The notes beneath the pieces are model-generated. The model had not been told where the DNA came from and did no database searches. It saw only the letters and a program-made list of their open reading frames with translations. A stretch of DNA of 30,456 nucleotides, from positions 1 through 30,456 of the IMG/VR virus record IMGVR_UViG_3300034355_000190; one strand, 5' to 3'. This DNA comes from a virus (lineage: Duplodnaviria > Caudoviricetes). Of the stretch, positions 24,708 to 30,456 are shown in pieces (the stretch's first letter is position 1; each line of letters begins with the position of its first letter). The translations under genes were made by a program, and so were the position numbers.

Positions 24708-25496
24708 CTAGTCCAGATCATACGCGATCGCCGTTCTATTCCCATCGGTATCGACGGTTGCAATGATGCGATCCACATCATCTGCAACCGCGTTCGTGAT
24801 GGTGACTGTCGCCGTGCCGCCGCCTGCAATCTTGCCCGCAGTCGCCGCTGCCACGAGCCGCAAAGCCTGCCGCAGAGTCAGACCGGTCTCGATGTCCTCC
24901 TGGTCAAGCAGGTAGCCAGAGAAGCCCGCAGCCTCCAGCGTGATTGCCGGTGCGAACGACCCAGCCATGCTGCCGGTCGCGTATCTGATCGCCACGAATG
25001 ATGCGACGCCTGCAAACGTACCCGTGGCGTGCGCAATCGCTGTGGTAGTTCCAGACCAGCTTGCAACACCTGCAAATGTCCCGACCGCATTGAGCGCCGC
25101 TGTGACGTTGCCTGCGAACGCTGCAACGCCAGCAAACGAACCGATGCCCGAGACGACTAGCTGGCCCGTGCCCGTGAAGACCGCAGCGCCATCGAACGTG
25201 CCCGCGATGTTCCGGCCCGCAGCAATCCCGCCAGACCAGCTCGCAACGCCTACCGCCCCGCTATGACTCGACAGACCACCAGGCTTTTGAGGCAGCATCC
25301 AGCTTGAAGGATGCAGGTGGCCCGCAGGAATACCCGACTTGGGCGAGTAGCCTTGAGCTGTGAAAATGTTCCGTTTCGGACCCGTCAGATTGTTGTTTTG
25401 TTGCAGCGCCGATGGGTAGGCGTTGTTACTCTGCGTTGCCCCGAAAAAACGGATACCGGCAGAGGCGTCCCGAAATCCGTTCTGGAGCAAAGCCAT
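24708..25496 (-). CDS. Virion accessory / fibre-like protein with 20-aa repeats, 262 aa
   Basis: G(T/S)F(A/D)G repeated at a 60-bp period; C-terminus LTLRQALRLVAAATAGK..RIIATVDTDGNRTA. Confidence 0.65.
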   Translation of the reverse strand: MALLQNGFRDASAGIRFFGATQSNNAYPSALQQNNNLTGPKRNIFTAQGYSPKSGIPAGHLHPSSWMLPQKPGGLSSHSGAVGVASWSGGIAAGRNIAGTFDGAAVFTGTGQLVVSGIGSFAGVAAFAGNVTAALNAVGTFAGVASWSGTTTAIAHATGTFAGVASFVAIRYATGSMAGSFAPAITLEAAGFSGYLLDQEDIETGLTLRQALRLVAAATAGKIAGGGTATVTITNAVADDVDRIIATVDTDGNRTAIAYDLD

Positions 25497-25648
25497 CAGA
25501 GCGCATCCGCTGCTTCCTGAAAGCCCGCATCGATCAGGCGCTGTTTAACCAGTTCCGTATGCTGCGCAATAAGAAGCGCGGCCAGGGTGAACGGGTTGCC
25601 CCGCCAGCTTGCGAAATCGCTAATGATGTCGAGCAGAGATTTGTCCAT
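25496..25648 (-). CDS. Hypothetical 50-aa protein (below the ORF track cutoff)
   Basis: MDKSLLDIISDFASWRGNPFTLAALLIAQHTELVKQRLIDAGFQEAADAL; TAATG and TGATG stop/start coupling at the two ends. Confidence 0.75.
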   Translation of the reverse strand: MDKSLLDIISDFASWRGNPFTLAALLIAQHTELVKQRLIDAGFQEAADAL

Positions 25649-26544
25649 TAGCCGCCATAGCCCCAATCAAAATCAACCATGATCGATCCGGCAGAGGTCG
25701 TGGCGCCGGTCTGAAACAGCAGAAACTGAATGTTCGCCCCGTCCCTGATGCGCGGCAACGATGGGAAAGCGTTCACGAAGTCCAGCTTTGTATAGAGGCC
25801 CGTCGCCGGGACCGGGATTGTCCACAGCGGCCGGCACAGGCCGATGATGACCGTGCCTGATGCGTGCGCCGTGCCCGCCCAGACCAGCGAGACGATGTCG
25901 GACACGCCCGTGTCGCCCGCCGCAAGCGGAAGGAACGGGTTGTACTTGTTGGCCGCAGTCCCAGAGTTGAGCAGTTGACCCACGCCGAGCGAGGCCGTGC
26001 TTGTGAATGTGGTAGTCGCACCAGCGCCGCCGCCCGTGTCCAGATAGTTCACAATGCAGGTCGGAGCGTTGGCGCCCAGCGCCGTGTCTGCCGCCACGAA
26101 CATTTGCAGGCCCGTGCCGTTGGCGTAACGGTCGCCCGTGCTGGCCGTGGCTGCAATTGCCGTCATCGTCACGGTCTTTGTGCCAGTCGTCGAAACGTTT
26201 GTTCCCGACAAGGGCACATAGCCAACCAGGTCAATCGCCATCAGATACCACGGCGCACCCGCAGCCGCGACCACTGTCGCGCCAGCCGTCAGGAAGTGCT
26301 TCGTCGCTGTCGAGACGTTGCCACCATGATAAAGCGTTCCCTCGCCCCATGTGTCATCGGTCGCTACATAGGTGAGGTCCGCTCCCGCAAACGTCGCAGC
26401 CGCAGGGAAGCCCGCATGGCCAGCAAGCAGCGTCCAGTGACCAGCCGTTCCGGCAGATGACAGCGTCTTGTTGGAGAATGCGTTGCCGTACTTTGCGTTA
26501 GTGGTGATCTGGTTGATTAGATCGTCCTGTGAAGACCATCCCAT
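25648..26544 (-). CDS. Beta-rich virion accessory protein, 298 aa (paralog of the neighbouring gene)
   Basis: Gly/Thr/Ala-rich; PFLPLAAGDTGVSDI..CRPL..PRIRDGANI. Confidence 0.65.
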   Translation of the reverse strand: MGWSSQDDLINQITTNAKYGNAFSNKTLSSAGTAGHWTLLAGHAGFPAAATFAGADLTYVATDDTWGEGTLYHGGNVSTATKHFLTAGATVVAAAGAPWYLMAIDLVGYVPLSGTNVSTTGTKTVTMTAIAATASTGDRYANGTGLQMFVAADTALGANAPTCIVNYLDTGGGAGATTTFTSTASLGVGQLLNSGTAANKYNPFLPLAAGDTGVSDIVSLVWAGTAHASGTVIIGLCRPLWTIPVPATGLYTKLDFVNAFPSLPRIRDGANIQFLLFQTGATTSAGSIMVDFDWGYGG

Positions 26545-26547
26545 GTG

Positions 26548-27441
26548 TCAGTTCCACGTTGTTTCAAGGATGCCCGCAAGGAACGAGCCCGCAAGCGAGC
26601 CCGCGTGACCGCAGGCGAAGAGATTAAGCACAGCTCCGTCCTTGATCTGGCGCGGCCTGTGATGGATGACGGAGGCGAACTCATCGCACGCACCGAAACT
26701 TTCAGGCGCTGTCGAGCGGCGACACTCCTGCGTGATATGGCATTCCAAAATCGGCTGCACGATAACCAGCGCCATCAGGCCGCCGCCGCCCGCCGTGAAT
26801 GTTACGCCTTCAATCGACTTGACCCCATAGTCGCCAGCCTGAAGCGACAGGTAAGGGTGATAACTCGTGGAGCTGCCGACACTCGACGCCACCACCTGAC
26901 CGCCCGCAGACACCGCGAATGTGAAATGGTTCTGGCTTGTCCGTCCCGCAACACCGTTTTGATTGGTATAGCTGAACGTGAACTGCCCGGTCGTGGATGA
27001 CGTTGATTGGCCTACTGCGATGACGTTCCCATAATCGTAGCGCGGCAGGGTAACGCTGTTGACCATGTCCTGTTGCGAGCCGACCGCGTCCGTGTCCACA
27101 AATGGATAATACATCAGCAGGTCTGCCAGAATGATCTGCTGGCGTCCGTTGGCCGTCACACCCGCGCCAGTCGATCCCGACATGAGCTTGAGATTGCGCA
27201 ACCATTGCGTCGCAGGCAGCACGCTGGGGACATAGATGCCGCGCGAGGCGGAGACGACGGCGGCTTCAAGCGGAGACGATGCATAAAAGTTAGCCGCTGG
27301 GGCGCCCGGGAAATAGCTGTAATCAACCCATCCGTCTGTCGTTGTGGCCGAGTTGGATACAGCCTTGCGGAACCCAGTAACGCGGTACTGCCCGAGGTCT
27401 TCCGCGTCCGTCCACGCGCGAAGGTTGCGAAAGCCTGCCAC
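26548..27441 (-). CDS. Beta-rich virion accessory protein, 297 aa
   Basis: DLLMYYPF..SYTNQNG..PYLSLQAGDYGVKSI..VQPI..RQIKDGAVL. Confidence 0.65.
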   Translation of the reverse strand: MAGFRNLRAWTDAEDLGQYRVTGFRKAVSNSATTTDGWVDYSYFPGAPAANFYASSPLEAAVVSASRGIYVPSVLPATQWLRNLKLMSGSTGAGVTANGRQQIILADLLMYYPFVDTDAVGSQQDMVNSVTLPRYDYGNVIAVGQSTSSTTGQFTFSYTNQNGVAGRTSQNHFTFAVSAGGQVVASSVGSSTSYHPYLSLQAGDYGVKSIEGVTFTAGGGGLMALVIVQPILECHITQECRRSTAPESFGACDEFASVIHHRPRQIKDGAVLNLFACGHAGSLAGSFLAGILETTWN

Positions 27442-27443
27442 GT

Positions 27444-27884
27444 TCAGTCCTCAGTGCCGTCCAGGTCGCCTGCGCCAAACTGCGGCTGAATGCCTGAGCT
27501 GATCGCCAGCGAAGCCGACAACGCACCCTTGTAGAGTATCTTCCCCGTGCTGGTTGACGCCGTGCCGATGGCGAAATGCGAGGCCGTCTCAGAGCCGCCC
27601 GTGCATTGCGGGAACTGCACAAGCGCGGCGTTGGTCACAGCGTTGCCGCTGATCGTCCATCCACCCGCTGTCCGCGCCACAGCAACGCGAGCGTAGCTCG
27701 TGTAAGCGCATTCGCTCGTGGTCTGGTTTCCAGCTTCGCCAGGGTCGCCCGTGTGCAGCGACACGTAGAGCGAGCCAGCCGTGGACGAGCCACGAAGGCC
27801 GGTTGCGTCACCGATCAGCGCCGCGTCGGTGTTGTTAAAGACCAGCGTTAAGAGTTCCGTCTCCCACGTATTACCCTTGCTCAT
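27444..27884 (-). CDS. Small phage structural protein (fibre-associated type), 146 aa
   Basis: LYVSLHTGDPGEAG..E..YTSYARVAV..W..N...QFP motif; ATGA overlap with the portal stop. Confidence 0.65.
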   Translation of the reverse strand: MSKGNTWETELLTLVFNNTDAALIGDATGLRGSSTAGSLYVSLHTGDPGEAGNQTTSECAYTSYARVAVARTAGGWTISGNAVTNAALVQFPQCTGGSETASHFAIGTASTSTGKILYKGALSASLAISSGIQPQFGAGDLDGTED

Positions 27885-30400
27885 TGAATGCCGACAGGCC
27901 GCCCTTCTGAGTTGAACTTGATGGTCTTGGGTCTGGACATGCTTTCAGCCAGCGCCTGTTGAGCCTGCGCGACCGTCTCAAGCCCTTGAGACAGGCTTGC
28001 GAGGACAGCGTTCATCGCCTCATCGCGCTTCGATGACTTGGCCTCGCCGTCCGACCGGAACGCCGTCTCGCGGCCCTCGCGCTCGAACTCCTTGGCCTCG
28101 GCCTGCGCTTCTTTCTCTTGCTTCTCGCGCTTGGCCTCTTCGGCCTGCTCAGCCATCGACATGATCTTCAGGCGCTCGGTGTCCATCGCTATGCGCGCCA
28201 TCATCAGGTCGATGTTCCGCATCATGGCGTCGTGCTCAGCCTTGCGGGCAGCCTCGGCAGCCTTGCGATCTTCATCCTGCATCTTCAGAGCGCGGTCTTC
28301 CATCGCCTGCTGGCGCTTGACCATCTCGTCCTGACGCTTGCGCTCGGCTTCCTCTGCCTGACGCATCGCATCCTGGTTGGCCTTCATGCCCTCGGCTTCC
28401 TGCGCCTTGGCAGCCTGCGCCAGCTTGGCGTCTCGCTCGGCCTTGCGGTCCTCGACATCCGCCATCTTCGCGGCCACGTCTGCTTCCAGCTTCTTGCCCT
28501 CAAGCTCAGCGGTCTTCATCAGCGCTTCGGCTTCAGGATTGGGCGGCGGCGGCTGGCTCGCCTTCTCCGTCATGTTGTCCACGAACTCCTCGATCACCTG
28601 CTCCATCTCGCGGCCTGCCCTGAACGGGGCCAGCACGAATTTGAGCATGGCGCCCGACAGCGGAGCCGCTTCCTTGGGAGCGGCCTGCATCAGTGGAGCC
28701 AGAGCACCTGACATCTGAGCAAACGCCATGGCGAACTCTGAGCGCGCTGCCTTCTCAGCGTTTTCATCAGGCTGGATGGTCGAATCCGTCGCGATCTGGA
28801 GCACGAACGGCCTGATCCGCTCTGCCTTGAGCAGCTCGAAGACCTTCTCGACCGTGACGACTTCCGCAATCTCCTTCTGATGCTTCAGGACGATGGCCTG
28901 CTTGGCCTGCTCGATCTGCTGCGGATTGGGCGGAGGCTGGCCCTGCGCCATGCCCTGCTCAACCTGTTGAACAGCGGCCATGATCTCCTGCATCATCGCC
29001 TGCTGATGCTGGGCGAGGACGTCAGCCTGTTTCGGCAAGTCCGTCTGGCTGAGCGAAATCATCGTCTGCGGCGCGAAGTTCTCCGACATGATCTCGCCGG
29101 CAAGGTTCAGGATCGCATCGCAAAGGCGAACCATCTCGTTCTGGCGGTCCTTGATGCGGATAGAGCCGTACTGGCTCTTGAGTTGTTGCGCTCCAAGCGT
29201 CTCAGAGGCGTCCGTCTCGCCGCGCATGATGTCGGATACGCCGCTGATCTGGTAGACGTCGCTGATCAGTTCGCGGCGCAGGGCAATAAGCTGCGTGATG
29301 GTCGCGGCCACCTTATCGACAGGCATTTCCCAGATTGCGTCCTGAAGCTTGCCACCCGTCTGCATCGCGAGATTGCCCAGACCGGCCACAGGAACCCACG
29401 TCCTGCGATTGTCCGTCTGCGCAATGGCTGCTTCGACCGCCTCACCAACGCCCTCGGCCCCTGCCGGGTAGATCACCACCAGTCGCAGGGCCTCAGACAG
29501 CGATGAGATGCGGGCCGTCAGTTCGTTGATCTCTTCGAGCTGATCCTTGTAGAAGCAGCCATCGGGCACGGGCACGAGGCTGTCATCCTCGACCGTCGCC
29601 AGCGCAGGACGCGGGCATGGGAAGAAGCCATCGAGGTCCAGGTGCGGCGCGTTGATGTCCAGCACGGTCTTTGAGTTTGGGTGGAGCCAGATGACCAGAT
29701 CCTTGGTCTTGTTCCACATCTCCCAGACGCGGGCCTTCTTCTCCACATTGTACTCAGTCGCGGTGTCCTTGGCCTCTTCATAGGTGATATCATCACCCCA
29801 AGCCTCGCCGAAACGCTTCTGGCCCTGCTCCTTCGTCAGCCACGTTCCACGGCAGACCCAGCCAACCTCTGACCAGATGCGCGCTGGCTCGTGCAGGAAG
29901 TCCTTGCGATGCACCCATTCGTAACGGACGGATTCCTTGAGTTCCTCGCCCTTCTCGTATGTCTCGTATCGCGCCCAGATGACGCCGCGACCGAACAGGG
30001 CGAGGTCATCACGGACCCGCTTCATCGTCTCGTGGACGTGCTCGACGTCGAAGCTGGTGACCAGCGCGCGTTCCAGCATCTCGGATGCCTTGCGCGGAAC
30101 GGGCTTTCTGTCTTTGAACCGCGGGACCACGACAGGTTGCGGCGCGCGGCTGTAGATCGAGGGCTTCACCACCTCCAAATTCGCATAAAACATTTGAAAT
30201 TCGCGGTCGGTGCGAGACGATGCCAGGCGCTTGAGGTTGGCGAACTCCTTCGCGAGATTGTCGCAGGTCTTGTGCCACTGATCGAACGCCTTCTCGGCGT
30301 GCTCGATCATCTTGAGGTACGGACCACTGTCGCGGTCGAACTCGGGCTGTAGCTCTTCGCCGTCTCCCCCGCCCGTTGCCTCGCCCTCCTCGTCCGACAT
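27881..30400 (-). CDS. Portal protein with a long C-terminal coiled coil, 839 aa
   Basis: FYANLEVVKPSIYSRAPQP, DFLHEPAR.W.EV.W, FFPCPRP, YQISGVSDIMRG, ETLGAQQLK; size and position fit a podoviral portal. Confidence 0.88.
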   Translation of the reverse strand: MSDEEGEATGGGDGEELQPEFDRDSGPYLKMIEHAEKAFDQWHKTCDNLAKEFANLKRLASSRTDREFQMFYANLEVVKPSIYSRAPQPVVVPRFKDRKPVPRKASEMLERALVTSFDVEHVHETMKRVRDDLALFGRGVIWARYETYEKGEELKESVRYEWVHRKDFLHEPARIWSEVGWVCRGTWLTKEQGQKRFGEAWGDDITYEEAKDTATEYNVEKKARVWEMWNKTKDLVIWLHPNSKTVLDINAPHLDLDGFFPCPRPALATVEDDSLVPVPDGCFYKDQLEEINELTARISSLSEALRLVVIYPAGAEGVGEAVEAAIAQTDNRRTWVPVAGLGNLAMQTGGKLQDAIWEMPVDKVAATITQLIALRRELISDVYQISGVSDIMRGETDASETLGAQQLKSQYGSIRIKDRQNEMVRLCDAILNLAGEIMSENFAPQTMISLSQTDLPKQADVLAQHQQAMMQEIMAAVQQVEQGMAQGQPPPNPQQIEQAKQAIVLKHQKEIAEVVTVEKVFELLKAERIRPFVLQIATDSTIQPDENAEKAARSEFAMAFAQMSGALAPLMQAAPKEAAPLSGAMLKFVLAPFRAGREMEQVIEEFVDNMTEKASQPPPPNPEAEALMKTAELEGKKLEADVAAKMADVEDRKAERDAKLAQAAKAQEAEGMKANQDAMRQAEEAERKRQDEMVKRQQAMEDRALKMQDEDRKAAEAARKAEHDAMMRNIDLMMARIAMDTERLKIMSMAEQAEEAKREKQEKEAQAEAKEFEREGRETAFRSDGEAKSSKRDEAMNAVLASLSQGLETVAQAQQALAESMSRPKTIKFNSEGRPVGIQ

Positions 30401-30456
30401 CAGGTCCAGTCTTTCTTGTTTCCGCGCACAGGCTCAGGAGCGCCGGGGAGGTAGAC
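30400..30456 (-). CDS. 3' end of the upstream gene, probably terminase large subunit (partial)
   Basis: VYLPGAPEPVRGNKKDWT-TGA overlaps the portal ATG (TGATG); identity inferred from gene order only. Confidence 0.45.
   Translation of the reverse strand, partial: VYLPGAPEPVRGNKKDWT

Noticed and set aside
13521-30352. Long plus-strand ORFs such as 13521-14492, 15748-16578, 17528-18556 and 23444-24199
   Set aside because: Antisense shadows of GC-rich minus-strand genes, with no SD or domain support.
1-30456. CRISPR array, tRNA, rRNA, integrase/att site or lysis genes
   Set aside because: None recognised by eye; all repeats seen are in-frame coding repeats. Prophage versus free phage cannot be decided from this window.

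Overview
This is the virion-morphogenesis region of a GC-rich podovirus-like tailed phage or prophage; an alphaproteobacterial host is an inference. Almost all genes are on the minus strand. Reading right to left: the probable end of the terminase gene, portal, a cassette of beta-rich virion-accessory genes, small hypotheticals, scaffold, major capsid protein, head decoration protein, a glycosyltransferase fusion plus methyltransferase pair, a 1680-aa tail fibre/spike, adaptor, tail nozzle, GNAT, and three DNA-ejection proteins. Highlights: (1) The capsid gene is split by a 1058-nt group I intron (19804-20861) whose splice sites and catalytic core can be read directly. (2) The intron carries an HNH endonuclease on the opposite strand, with a candidate sigma70 promoter overlapping the ribozyme's Q/P5 elements. 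(3) A >1550-aa ORF missing from the ORF track (4652 to beyond position 1) looks like an injected polyvalent protein with ADP-ribosyltransferase, LPD23/HExxH metallopeptidase and EF-hand-like modules. (4) A putative virion-glycosylation cassette sits inside the structural operon. (5) An antisense lipoprotein moron lies among the ejection genes. All product calls come from motif recognition and gene order; no database search was run.
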